DNA of 64,000 nucleotides from Nemertoderma westbladi (Eukaryota > Animalia > Xenacoelomorpha). How positions within the stretch are numbered: position 1 is the stretch's first letter; each line of letters starts with the position of its first letter. Position numbers and translations under genes: made by a program. The DNA lies in NCBI GenBank assembly GCA_032718475.1, contig JAUCBJ010005433.1, forward strand, positions 1 through 64,000, written 5' to 3'. A model generated the notes under the pieces. That model saw only the letters and a program-made list of their open reading frames with translations. It was not told the DNA's origin and did not search any database. Below are positions 28,357 to 40,984 of this stretch, one piece after another.

Positions 28357-28567
28357 TCCAGGTTCCTGCAGTGTTTCCTGCTTTGGTTATCTTCCACAGA
28401 AACACTCCATTAACCTTATCGGCGAGGCCAGACTCCCTTTTAACCCGATCTTCTATGGCGCGGAATATTTCAGCGGACCGGAGCTCTGCATGTGGTTCGA
28501 CTTTCTCGATGGAGGGGCCAAGTTCAACGTAACCACCCGAGAGTACTACCTCATCAGTTTCTACGAT
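28357..28567 (-). CDS. HSD17B4: HSD17B4 exon (end of hydratase, start of SCP2)
   Basis: Acceptor ttcctttag|; IVETDEVVLSGGYVEL...LADKVNGVFLWKITKAGNTAGTW; donor A|gtaagt. Not in the ORF track. Confidence 0.9.
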
Positions 28568-28795
28568 CTAAAGGAATAAATCGAGTCGTGAAGTAAAATA
28601 ATGCAATTTATTGTATGTAATCTTGTATAATTATATAGTTACAGGCCAACTATTTTAAATTAGTAGTCACGAGTTAGAAGTGACTTACTTGTTCAATTAT
28701 TGCAAACTTCCGATAACACTGAAGGAAAGCATGGCAATCTGTATGTACAGTAAACTGCTCTAGTATACAGATCAATTAGATTGTATTAATCTAAC

Positions 28796-28989
28796 CTTGG
28801 TAGTGAACAGTATACGGTTAGATTCTAGCCACATATCTGTTCGAATTGTCTGGCCAGGTAGGACGGGTTTAACAAAACGAGTCTTTATGGCTCGAAATCG
28901 TGTGACGTCATCGTCGGCATAACTACGCAATACATGCCGACATGCGTAACCAAAGGAACACAGACCGTGGAGAATTGGCTCTGAAAAAC
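28796..28989 (-). CDS. HSD17B4: HSD17B4 exon (MaoC-like hydratase)
   Basis: [14 protein letters not shown]...[17 protein letters not shown]; aacag| and AAG|gttag. Confidence 0.93.
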
Positions 28990-29373
28990 CTGTTAAGAAA
29001 ATCATTAGTAACTTATTACAATGATAGCTGCTAAGTATGAGATATGGGGGAGACTTGACGCAATCAAAATGACACCCTCTATGGGGAAAACTGGCGTAAA
29101 TGAAAACTGATTAAGAGCAAAAAATAAACTTTCACCTGTTAACGTTGTTCATTGTTTTTGTTTGAATATATTGAAATTGTGACCTGCCCCTTCCTAACAT
29201 TAATTTAATGTTACTAGAGCAAGCAGCAGCGGTTGCGGTTGCCAGGTTTAATAAAAATTTACTTCGAGCCATTATAATAGTAACTATTAATAATTGACGT
29301 CAGATATTCCACAATGTATTAAATTTCAAACACAACATTTTCCAATTAATACTAATATTATTAGTAGCCTCAC

Positions 29374-29454
29374 CTCCAACGGCAGCAAATTTAGGGTCTA
29401 TATGTAACGGGTTGCGGTCTCCATTTAATCTGTATAACGCTGATTGGTTAATTC
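29374..29454 (-). CDS. HSD17B4: HSD17B4 exon (hydratase-2 catalytic motif)
   Basis: QSALYRLNGDRNPLHIDPKFA matches the YRLxGDxNPLHIDP signature; ttttag| and G|gtgagg. Confidence 0.95.
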
Positions 29455-29545
29455 CTAAAATGAAAACATTATCTCTAGTTATAATCCGCTCACCCAACTC
29501 TATAATCACTTTTTGTTGGGCACAGCTTTGAAAAGTCGGCAATGA

Positions 29546-29618
29546 CATCCAGGTGGGATCGAACAGGTGGCCTCCGGGTTGGAAGTCTGACGCTCTAACC
29601 ATTCAGCTAGCGGCTCAG
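29546..29618 (-). mobile_element. tRNA-derived SINE head or tRNA pseudogene
   Basis: A-box TAGCTGAATGG and B-box GTTCGATCC with tRNA spacing; the stems pair imperfectly. Confidence 0.45.
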
Positions 29619-30348
29619 GTAAAAGATAGACCTGGAAATACTATCTGATACCTTGTATGTCCGCAATTTACCTCCTCATGGCCTCCCAACTGTCAATACC
29701 ATCATATGCTGCCACTGTGCTCAACCCTACCGTAGTTGGCCGTCATTAACCACTCTCTACAATGAAAGGGTAGTGCATATTAACCATGAACCATCACGGT
29801 CACAATGATTAATTTTACAATCTAACTACTAATTTGGGTAGGACAGTTTACCCGGAGTAATTCATTATGTCACTACCTACACGTCCTGTAGGCCGTATGT
29901 CCTACTTATACATACTTTAGGCTGCAGGTACCATACGGTACGGTACTGGTTCCGGTATAATATGTGGTTTCTAATTAATAAAACGTCGAAACTTGAAAAT
30001 AAAACGACATATTCGATGTAAATAAAGTAGCTGTATTTGACTTTCAGGCTCCCGTTCCATTTCACTAACTCGCTTACGCTCGTTTGGTGTTAATATTCCT
30101 ACTCGAGCCGCCGTTAAATACAGTACCAATTTATTTAAATTGAATATAATATAGTAAATATTTTTGAATAAATAAATCATTTCATAGGATAAGGGTTGTC
30201 AACAATCCTAAACTGTTTTGCTAAAAAGCTTTTGTCTACCTTACACAGCGTGATAAACTGAGATATTTTATAGTTAGTCTACCTTTTTAGGAAATCTATG
30301 CATCTTACGATTGGCCACAAACTAAGCAATAAACCAATAACAACTCAC

Positions 30349-30510
30349 CGATAGTTTCCTCAACACTGCGATCAGGTTGGCGGTCTGGAATCTCAGCCAA
30401 TGGGCGTTGGTGCTCTGAGGTGGCTTTTCCTCCAAAGTTACCAACCCCAATAATAAAGGTAATAAACTGGTTTAACATTATGAGTTGATTACTGCTATTA
30501 AACGTTTCCA
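30349..30510 (-). CDS. HSD17B4: HSD17B4 exon (hydratase)
   Basis: VETF...NQFITFIIGVGNFGGK...IPDRQPDRSVEETI; ttttag| and G|gtgagt. Confidence 0.92.
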
Positions 30511-30534
30511 CTAAAATAATTTAAAATAAATATA

Positions 30535-31890
30535 ATGTGGTTAAAATACGAGTTCATGTACCGCGAATTAGCTTTCTTATAATCCTCTTAAAGACTCTAA
30601 CTAAAATAATCAAAAGGAAAGTCCAATCCAATATTGCCAATCTATTCCAAGGCGAGCAGTACGGTTTTATCCGGGGGCGCTCAGCCACTCGAGCTTTGCG
30701 TAGGTTTCTCTCAGATATATCTCCTATTTTATAGAAGATCCAGGTCGACAAAGACAGTTTGTTTACTGTATTTTCATCGATTTCCGAAAGGCCTTCGATG
30801 TAGTAAACAGAGCGATACTTCTGAAAAAGTTATATGAATAGTTTGGAATTAAAGGGAAACTATTTAATTTGATGAAGGCGGTCCTAAACAACAGTATTCT
30901 AGGTTTCTACGGATTGAGATACTCTAGAGCAACTCCGAGGAGATTTACAGGGTGGCTCTTTTAGTCCAACTTGTTTTATAATTTTCATCACAGATTTGGC
31001 CGCTGCGCTGAGAAATATTATTGGTTATATAAAGTTTATATTTTTCGGTCATGATCTGCTAGTTTATCAACGGTGCTCAAGAAACTCAATGGAGGTGAAC
31101 CTCACGAAAACGAAGATCATTAAGTTTCGTTTAGCAGGGCGGTTAGCTACTTCGGATAAATTCTTCTACGGAGGTAATGATGTTGAATTTTATAACTCCT
31201 ACGACTTTCTATGCGTTACGCTTCAACCCTCGCTATGTTTCTCGAAACATATTATCGACAACAAAAAACGCCAAGCCTATGCACCTATAGACTGCATGAG
31301 AAATTTACATTTGCTGTCGGTGAAAACAGGAGTAAAGATCTTCTTTCTCAAAATTTTCCCATTTTCCCTCCTCTGGCAAAAAGTATGCTTTTCCGCAGAT
31401 TGCAAAGTTTTACACGCCCAGGAATTTCATTGAAATCGATAGAATAAAGGCTACTTTTATCAAATGACTTCTTTCAGTCCATAAATCAGCTTCATCCACC
31501 ATGGTTTTGAAACTGACCAATCAGGAGACGTTTGTAAATGATGTTCTGTGAAATACCCTGGTATCTTCAACCAGAAAACTATCGATGATTATAAAAGCTT
31601 TCTCCAAGATCGCGAGTTTAACTTCGTCCAGGAAAAATATTTGAGCGGTCCAGCCTTTACCTCTAACAGCTGGAGGGGGCCAAACCATGGAAATCGGCAC
31701 GTGTTAACTCACTGCACGGCCCACAGCTTTGACTACGCCTTGTGCATAAACCCGACGCCTTTCCACGAAATGGGTCACGACTGCCTATGTAAGTTTTGCG
31801 GAACTAGTGCTGCAAACAGATACCACTGCCTGTCCTGTCCTCGTTGACCAACCATGAAAGAGTTGGCTGCATTCAATAATTAAACTAGTA
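30535..31890 (+). mobile_element. Degraded 5'-truncated non-LTR retrotransposon (RT plus C-terminal CCHC)
   Basis: EQYGFIRGRS, FIDFRKAFDVVNRAILLKKL, LQGGSFSP, EVNLTKTKII and CKFCG...YHCLSCP across several frames, with frameshifts and stops. Confidence 0.82.
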
Positions 31891-31974
31891 TATATATATT
31901 ATGTTGTCCCTTTTTAAATATTTTAATTTATAATTACTGTATGTATTATATGCATTTGTTATTAGCAAGTCGTT

Positions 31975-33110
31975 AGACTTGATTACTGTAAGAAAAAAAG
32001 CTACTGACTACTGGCTACTGGCTACTGACTACTGGCTACTGGCTACTGACCTAGAGCAAAAACGGCTCTAACGATTTTGATGAAATTTTGCATGGACCAT
32101 GAAAATGGATTTCTAAGGGTACTTGTGAAATCGCGGTTTAAATTGAAACATCTCAACTTGTTTTATTTCGAAAAATAGCCCCAAAACACTAAAATTGCCA
32201 TAGGCGCAATGATAAAACACCAGCTGGCACTCATGAAAAATGTATAGAGATGGCCTGGTAATGCATTCAATAGGAAGGCCAACTAACAAAGAAGTACTTT
32301 CTCTGCCAAGTTTTATTATCACTCTACTATACAACCCAGACAGTAAGCAAACATTAATTTGTTTAACTGGCTATTACAGTTTCAGCTGAATAACTCTTCC
32401 CAATGCATCCTTGCTATGTTAATTAATTGGCGTGCAAGCTAAATGACTGTTAGTTAAACAGTGTGTTGGCTACACAGTGTATTGTACTATGCTCTCATCG
32501 CATTATTGTTTTATTTTGAAATCTTTGTGCCAACATTAATACTGTGGAGGCTGTATGCTTATAAGGCTGAATATTTACTCAGCCTCAAAATGATTCTCCA
32601 TAAGGCTAACATTATTGTTTGAAATATAAAAATCTGTTATAATAATAATATAATTGTTATATTTAATTAATATCGTGGTTTACATTGAACAGTGTAAATT
32701 GTTAATCGCGGTTTACATTGAAACATCTCAACTTGTTTTATTTATTACAAAAATAAGAACGAATTTGTCTTATCACTTCTTGTGCGCGATTGTATTGAAT
32801 TCATGACAACTGCTGTTATTATTATTAATCAATTGACACCTCGACTCCTCTCTGAGATCCGACTACTCTATCCGATAGAATAAAATAATCATTTCGCTAA
32901 CTGCTCTCTATCTTCTATAATCACAACAGCTTTTATAATTCATTAGATGATTACAACATAATAATTATAGTTTGAAGTTGTCTAGAAAAATTTTCGTACA
33001 CCACCGGGACTACCCTCACACTAATTTATTATCATACAGAATAAAAAGCTTTTACTTGATTCGTACTGTCTCCTACGACTTGCTTCACGGGCCGGTAGGC
33101 CCGTCTCTAG
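31975..33110 (+). mobile_element. Non-autonomous Helitron
   Basis: 3' GC-rich hairpin acgggcc-ggta-ggcccgt followed by CTAG|T at 33110. The 5' region has a (GRCTACT)n microsatellite and acggctctaacgattttgatgaaatt. The 5' boundary is approximate. Confidence 0.65.
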
Positions 33111-33249
33111 TTATTATGATTTTACTCTTCATTTGATTAAAACCAAATTACCCCGTGTGGGGTGTAGTTATAAAAAAAAATACGAGTTAATGGCGCAAAA
33201 TGGCCTTGGTTAGAAAAGCCTGCCATTATGACCTGGTACTTTCCTTTAA

Positions 33250-33524
33250 AAGGTACCTTAAATGGTAAATATAGAAATTAAATATTCGCGAAATTAAGTT
33301 AATATGTGAAAATAGGCTGAAACTACACCCCAATTGGAAATATGCGTTATCGTTGCAGTCAAGTTAGCGCCCATTCGGCACAGTATCTAAATTAGGTCCG
33401 ATACCGGTACTGGTCAATCACCAATTACTTTCATTTTACTGATTATCTGTACACTGCACTGTTTAAACATATTAACTTAATTTCGCGAATATTTAATTTC
33501 GATATTCACAATTTAAGGTACCTT
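33250..33524. mobile_element. MITE with ~55-bp terminal inverted repeats
   Basis: aaggtaccttaaat...aaattaaatattcgcgaaattaagttaatatgt is mirrored at 33468-33524. The interior is similar to 33650-33770. Confidence 0.7.
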
Positions 33525-33871
33525 TTATTCTAACCAAAACAATAAACGAAATTTAGGAACACAGTTTACAGTAAAATTTTTACTTCTAGGCACTAATTTT
33601 TCAATATTAATCTAACAAACCGTATGAGAAGATTAAAACGAAACCCCAATTGGCTTTTTGCGTACCGGTCCAGTAGCGCCCATACGACACAGTATCTGAA
33701 TTAGGTCCATTACCGGTACAGGTCAACACCAATTACTTTCATTTCACTGATTATCTGTACACTACACTGTAGGCTACCGGTGCGACAAGGCCAAAGTACC
33801 GGAAGTCGAAATAGCGCTGCTTTTCACAATAGATTAGATCTCACCATCACTCTATATAGCACCACACTCAC

Positions 33872-33995
33872 CATTGAGAATAACCAGTGCACCACTTCCC
33901 TTATCCAAAATGTCGACTATTTTAGTCTCGTTGCGTAATGTGCCTGAAGTGGGTAATGGTTTATATAATTCCATAAAATGTTCACCGTGCAGCAC
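33872..33995 (-). CDS. HSD17B4: HSD17B4 exon (hydratase N-terminal hot-dog fold)
   Basis: VLHGEHFMELYKPLPTSGTL...DILDKGSGALVI; tacag| and G|gtgagt. Confidence 0.94.
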
Positions 33996-35160
33996 CTGTA
34001 AGATAAATAAATATCGGTTATTCTTGGACCACAAAATGTAAAGATCTATAATAATGGCGGGTTTACAGTAGTTAAGTATCAGCTAATTTACTCGTATTGC
34101 TTCTAGTATAGAGAGAGATACAAATTATTATAGTTACACCATGTACACCATGACCCCGTAATATAATGTCATTTTCTGATGACCCGGACACCCCCCCCCC
34201 CCCCCCCCCCCCCCCCCAATTACCTATGTCATATTGCCTGAAATTTGAAACACAACTAATTCAACTCACCGTCGATGTTTACTAGGTGTTTAAAGTACCA
34301 TTTGTGGTGCTAGAGACCCATACTTACTTCAGTTCGCTATATTGGGTAGTTACTGAATTTTACGGAGCCCCTAAAGGGACATGGGTTTCCCTTTTTTTTT
34401 TCTAAGTCCGGCCCGGAGATACTATCTCAGGCCCGGAGATAAAATACAGAACAGGGTCATATACGTTATAGCGCTGACACAGCAATCAACAGAAACAAAT
34501 TGCAGCCAATCAGCTAACTGGGTTCTCAATTCCAGATCAATGGCTGTTCTACAAGTACAGACATCTTGACGGGAACATGAAAATTGAGTTTCACATTTCA
34601 ATTTGTGAGATAGGAGTAACGTAGGGTTAAAGTAAAATATATTATGTTTCGCATTCTACAGTCAGTTACACGTTTAAATTTGACTTCGGTTATGTAAGCG
34701 TAAAGATGGATCGTAATGAGATTATAGCGGGTTATTTTGATTTAGGTTTATACTATAGTGAAATAGCATCGATGCTACATACCGATCATAACATTATCAT
34801 TAGTGTGCGATAAAAAAAACGAATTTTACATAATTTACGCTTGAGAAGAAGGAATAATTACTCAACATCAAATGAAGTAATTAATTTTATTTCAAATGAA
34901 ATAGCCGGATCGGGACGACTCCATGGTTACCGTATGATGCATCCCAAGTGTTTGTTAGCCGGTCTTAGAGTCCGGAAAGAGGACGTCCGTCAGATTCTGC
35001 GCGACCTAGATCCCGAAGCAACAGTGGCGTTCGACAAGACGTTTGCGCCGTCGCCAGTATTAAGCAAAGGGGCCGAATTTCATTTGGCACCTTGACGGCT
35101 ATGACAAGTTGAAGCCATATGGAATTTGTATCAGCGGTTGCATTGACGGTTTTTCGAGAA

Positions 35161-35528
35161 AGGGTAAAAATGACTAAATGTGACCAAAGCACTATATATC
35201 AGATTATTTATCAAAAAAATCTAAAAAATTGTTTTATTTTTTAATTATTGTTACTTTTTCGCTCGAATATACCCCAAAATCGGGATAAAAAGTTACACTT
35301 TTTTCCCATGTAATACATAATTATATTTTCGACGCAATGGATCTTATTTGCAATTCTTATTTAATATTTTATCAAATCTTATTTAATTAATTGTTTTTAT
35401 TACGAAATTTTAAGAATAAATTATATTATACTTTTAATGTAGTACTGAAGGTGATACTGGTACATATTAACATTAACTTAACACGTAACTTAACATAAAT
35501 TCGGGCACATTAAAGTGATTTTGACCCT
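35161..35528. mobile_element. MITE inserted in the transposase coding region
   Basis: TIRs agggtaaaaatgactaaatgtg / cacattaaagtgattttgaccct, flanked by GAA on both sides; AT-rich interior. Confidence 0.65.
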
Positions 35529-36116
35529 GAAGTGATTTGGTTGAACTCATATAATACAAATAATGATTCGAAAATAATTGGCGGATATTTCCTAGAAGCA
35601 GTGTCTGAATACAATGGCTGTCCACGAATAGTTAGGGGTGATTTTGGAACGGAGAACGTGCGGGTGAGAGCCTTCCAGAGATTATTAAGACGCTATGGTG
35701 ATGACATACCACAAAATAGCTATATTGATGGGGCAAGTACTGCAAACCAACGGATCGAATCTTGGTGGGGGTCGCTTAGAAGGCAGTGCACAGAGTATTG
35801 GATGGACTTCTTTAAATCCCTCCAAGATTGTGGCCTATTTAATGGCAGTGAGCTACACAAGGAAATTATCCGATTTTGCTTCATGGCGATAATCCAGGAT
35901 GAACTGGATAAAGTAGCGAGTATGTGGAATACACATAGAATTATGCCATCGCGGAATTTGAATGTACCTTCCGGTAAACCCTGTACGATGTTTCGATTCC
36001 CAGAATTTTGGGGCAGAACAAATCAATTATGTCAAGTTATCGCAGACGACATTGACATTTGCCGAGAAGAAGCATTATTCCGGACCGCTACTGGACACTG
36101 TGATAGAGAGACAGCT

Positions 36117-37915
36117 GTATCTCAGGGCCTGAGAGAGTATCCCCGGGCCTGAGATAGTATCACCGGGCCGAACTTAGTATCTCCGGGCCGGACTTAGTAT
36201 CTCCGGGCCTGAGATAGTATCTCCGGGTCGGACTTAGTATCTCCGGGCCAGACATAGTATCTCCGGGCCGGACTTAGTATCTCCGGGCCTGAGATAGTAT
36301 CTCCGGGCCGGACTTAGTATCTCCGGGCCGGACTTAGTATCTCCGGGCCTGAGATAGTATCTCCGGGCCGGACTTAGTATCCCCGGGCCAGACATAGTAT
36401 CTCCGGGCCGGACTTAGTATCTCCGGGCCTGAGATAGTATCTCCGGGCCGGACTTAGTATCCCCGGGCCTGAGATAGTATCTCCGGGCCGGACTTAGTAT
36501 CTCCGGGCCTGAGATAGTATCTCCGGGCCGGACTTAGTATCTCCGGGCCTGAGATAGTATCTCCGGGCCGGACTTAGTATCTCCGGGCCAGACATAGTAT
36601 CTCCGGGCCGGACTTAGTATCTCCGGGCCTGAGATAGTATCTCCGGGTCGGACTTAGTATCTCCGGGCCGGACTTAGTATCTCCGGGCCTGAGATAGTAT
36701 CTCCGGGTCGGACTTAGTATCTCCGGGCCGGACTTAGTATCTCCGGGCCTGAGATAGTATCTCCGGGTCGGACTTAGTATCTCCGGGCCAGACATAGTAT
36801 CTCCGGGCCGGACGTAGTATCTCCGGGCCTGAGATAGTATCTCCGGGCCGAACTTAGTATCTCCGGGCCGGACTTAGTATCTCCGGGCCTGAGATAGTAT
36901 CTCCGGGTCGGACTTAGTATCTCCGGGCCAGACATAGTATCTCCGGGCCGGACTTAGTATCTCCGGGCCTGAGATAGTATCTCCGGGTCGGACTTAGTAT
37001 CTCCGGGCCAGACATAGTATCTCCGGGCCGGACTTAGTATCTCCGGGCCTGAGATAGTATCTCCGGGTCGGACTTAGTATCTCCGGGCCAGACATAGTAT
37101 CTCCGGGCCGGACTTAGTATCTCCGGGCCTGAGATAGTATCTCCGGGCCGGACTTAGTATCTCCGGGCCGGACTTAGTATCTCCGGGCCTGAGATAGTAT
37201 CTCCGGGTCGGACTTAGTATCTCCGGGCCGGACTTAGTATCTCCGGGCCTGAGATAGTATCTCCGGGTCGGACTTAGTATCTCCGGGCCAGACATAGTAT
37301 CTCCGGGCCTGAGATAGTATCTCCGGGTCGGACTTAGTATCTCCGGGCCAGACATAGTATCTCCGGGCCGGACTTAGTATCTCCGGGCCTGAGATAGTAT
37401 CTCCGGGTCGGACTTAGTATCTCCGGGCCGGACTTAGTATCTCAGGGCCTGAGAGAGTATCTCCGGGCCTGAGATAGTATCCCCGGGCCTGAGATAGTAT
37501 CTCCGGGTCGGACTTAGTATCTCCGGGCCGGACTTAGTATCTCAGGGCCTGAGAGAGTATCTCCGGGACTGCGATAGTATCCCCGGGCCTGAGATAGTAT
37601 CTCCGGGCCTGAGATAGTATCTCCGGGCCAGACATAGTATCTCTGGGCCGGACTTAGTATCTCCGGGCCTGAGAGAGTATCTCCGGGCCAGACATAGTAT
37701 CTCCGGGCCGGACTTAGTATCTCCGGGCCGGACTTAGTATCTCCGGGCCGGACTTAGTATCTCCGGGCCGGACTTAGTATCTCCGGGCCGGACTTAGTAT
37801 CTCAGGGCCTGAGATAGTATCTCCGGGCCTGAGATAGTATCTCCGGGACAGACTTAGTATCTCCGGGCCTGAGATAGTATCTCCGGGCCGGACTTAGTAT
37901 CTCCGGGCCGGACTT
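36117..37915. repeat. 20-bp tandem repeat (~90 units) expanded from the transposon subterminal repeat
   Basis: Units tagtatctccgggccggact / ...cctgaga / ...ccagaca. About two inverted copies sit in the left TIR at 34402-34441. Confidence 0.97.
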
Positions 37916-40420
37916 AAAAAAAAGGGGAAACCCATGTCCCTATTGTAGGTTATTTCTATTTTTGCTTGCAGTTTAGTATAGATAGCACATTCGGGTGATT
38001 AATGAGGAGATATTTGAAACATTCCTTAAATGTATGCAATCGGCAATAACGACGATAATGAATGGTGCGGGGGGGATGGTGGACTAATATTGTGAAAGGA
38101 GTGCAGATGATGTTATTGCGGGATGTGAAGCGGTATATCTCCGCTTCCCATTGTAATATAAAAATCGTTTAAATATATTATCAATCAAGTAGCCTGATAA
38201 ACTGCAGTACCGGTGGCACTGCAGGAGAGTCAGACAGTAACAGACAAAAAGTGGTACCTGTACAGCGGTACGGCAGGAGAGCACAGACAAGTCGAAACTG
38301 AAAGTATATTGGTCAAATATATAAAGTTTTATCGGTATTTAGTTTTTCGTTCGAAGTTAAGTAGCCAACCACTACAGATACAGTGTTACAGCCACTTACA
38401 GGGTTGATATAATCATATGATAAGAGGGTCTCCCAACAACTAGTTTAAAATATCAAATTATAGGAATATTGACTGTGTGTCGGTCTGTCTGAGTTACATA
38501 TTAACGGACAGATAGAAAGACTGTCAGACATCGATAACTAATAAAGATGTCGTTGCCGTTTTCGTTCAATTATACTCTAGTTGAAATAAAAAAAATTCGA
38601 AAATTTTAAAAAGTAGCGCTACCCCACCCCCTTCCATATATACTACAGTACTATACCACTATAAAAGATTTTTGTAACAAAACTTAAAACTTCAGGCACT
38701 ATCAAATGCGCTATAACAACTGATGAAAGGCTGATTTTAAAAAGGGATAATATCAATAAACACATTAAAATAGGACATGGGGTTTTATAGGTTAGGGCCC
38801 CACGGGCCAGGATAAGTTATCAGGTCTCTACTATATGGTGTCCTTGTCTCTTCTACATAAAATAGCAAAATTGTGTTTAATTCTACTAACCCAACCAAGT
38901 TACCCCAAGGAAAACTGCACAACAACTATTCACTAAATACAGGTATCGGTAAGCATTATAGTGTAAATTAAGAAAATATAATGACTTTTTTGTCCGCCGA
39001 TCCCGATATGGTACAAATTATAAGTTTAATGAAATACGCAGATGTCATAGAAGCACCGAGTACTAACCGGCGCAAGGGGCGCTAAAGGCGTTTCTGGTCA
39101 AATGGTCATAGCAGTCAAATGGTGGAATTGGTATAGTTTTCGTTGCATTATTACTCTCATTTCCCCAACTGGTTAACAACATCGTTAATTGCCTTGGTTA
39201 GAAAAAGCAGTCTTTGTAACCTGCTCTTTTCCCTTATTATGGTTTGTCAGTGGTGGTTTTCTTTCTTACGTCTGTTTGACCCTACGACTCACATTTCGAC
39301 CCTTTGATTCGTTCGACCGTTTGACCCGAAATTCGCCCAGGTACTGTAGGTAGCTAGAGGGGAAAAGTCCACCGGTCCATAACGTCCGCCCTATTTTATT
39401 GTTTATTGGTGAATAGCACCAACACCCCTCTATGTCGCGGTGGTCAAACATTAAAAAAGCATTGAAAGTTAACTCAAGGACAAACGGTTAATAACAGTTT
39501 TACTGTATACTGTAATTATATCTTTATCGTTGAGTCGGGGATTGTCACGCTCTCGGTAAAGTCTGTACAAAGTGTAATTACGTTTTATATTGGTTTTAGG
39601 TTAGCGTAGTGTAATATTGTATTTGTAACCAAGTAACATAAAGGACCCCCTTGGAAATAAGCTGCAAAGATTTAGGGGTAATCCTATATGTTATGTTGGA
39701 CAATATTTTGTATCTGGTGTATCTGTTATTGTTTACATAATGTTTATCTAACGAGTATTAAAATTCAATGTACGAGGACAATGTGAAAACAAATTTAATT
39801 AAAAAGTAAAACAGTTGACGATGAAAGAGGTTAGCAGGAAACCTTAGAGAGATTAACATTGGTAAAGCCAGGGTTGCCATAGTAAGCGTTGCCAACAGTC
39901 ATACACCGTTGCGAGGGAATCACTCCGAAAGTAGGCAAGGTAACAAACCCCGGGTCAGATTCGTACAGGAATCCTAGGTTGCTATGGTTACAGGGTGAAG
40001 CTCCCACTAAAATAAATTAAACGGGTTTAAAAGAAATGATTAATTAAGCTAAACGGAGACAACCCCGTTTCTAAAATACTTTAGGTATTCTAGAAACGGG
40101 AATGAAGGTTCCCAACTTCCTTGCGAATAAGAATTACAAATAATTATTACACATTTCATGATTTTCTCGGTTCCCTAGCGAGAAGACGCATTGAACGTAT
40201 TAAAATATCTGAAATTATTATTAACTGAATTTATAAATTTAAATTAATTGATACACTGCGGGTTAAGCTGATGTTAAAAGCATGTTGCAGTGCAGCGCTG
40301 GGTGTAAATATTTAGTAAATAATCAATATAGGCAATATTATATAAATATACCCGACAGCCCGATAAATAAACCGCTATATTTGCACTGCATAAAATATAT
40401 TCACCTAAAAAACAAATAGA

Positions 40421-40984
40421 TCATAGAACTTCTATGTAATCATCGTTAATATTTAGCTTGTCCTGCAGGAAATCAACAAGGTCGTCGGCAATATCGCCTT
40501 GGATAGTCACTTCGTCGTCGTTAGTAACAGATGAAGAGGCTGCGAAACGCTTACTAAACAACCTGGTGGCGTCCTTAAGGTTCACCTCGTGGCTCTTTAA
40601 ACCGGTAACTATGGTAACGTTTTTCTTTTTTCCCCGTTGTTCGGTGTGTATCTTGACGGGGTTTGGATCGGATTTATCTTTTCCGCGTTTTTTCTGGCCC
40701 TTCCCGCCGCGTTTCTGCCGCTTCTTCTCATCCTCCGGTTCCGCGGCTCCCGACTCCACCGCCGCTGCGTACTCTTCTGGTAGATGTTTTTCCCGCCACT
40801 CGAGGCACTTCTCGAAGCGACCGGAGAACTCGCAGTACTCCAGCGGGAGCGAACACTCCCCGCAGTACGCGACGCGCAGCGGGTATGAAACTCTGGCGAC
40901 GGAATCATCGTCGGTTCCCGGACCAACTGGATCGCTCGTCTCCGCGTCCACGGTCCGAGGTAATTCATCTCCCGATGACGTCAT
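40421..40984 (-). CDS. DENR: Density-regulated protein (translation reinitiation factor, SUI1 domain); intronless, nested in an HSD17B4 intron
   Basis: YPLRVAYCGECSLPLEYCEF zinc-binding region, KKRQKRGGKG, and SUI1 region RGKKKNVTIVTGL...IQGD. The first ATG is at 40984; the ORF-track start is non-ATG. Confidence 0.93.
   Translation of the reverse strand: MTSSGDELPRTVDAETSDPVGPGTDDDSVARVSYPLRVAYCGECSLPLEYCEFSGRFEKCLEWREKHLPEEYAAAVESGAAEPEDEKKRQKRGGKGQKKRGKDKSDPNPVKIHTEQRGKKKNVTIVTGLKSHEVNLKDATRLFSKRFAASSSVTNDDEVTIQGDIADDLVDFLQDKLNINDDYIEVL

Larger units (their letters stand above)
34361..37941 (+). mobile_element. IS3EU-like DNA transposon with a pseudogenised DDE integrase-type transposase
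   Basis: Left end tacggagcccctaaagggacatgggtttccc; right end ggggaaacccatgtccct is an inverted but truncated copy. Transposase motifs GPNFIWHLDGYDKLKPYG, GCIDGFSR, PRIVRGDFGTEN, NQRIESWW and WNTHRI are present with stops and frameshifts. The family label rests on recollection of IS3EU termini. Confidence 0.75.

Noticed and set aside
36117-37915. CRISPR-like appearance of the regular repeats, here and in other arrays
   Set aside because: No unique spacers, no cas genes, eukaryotic context.
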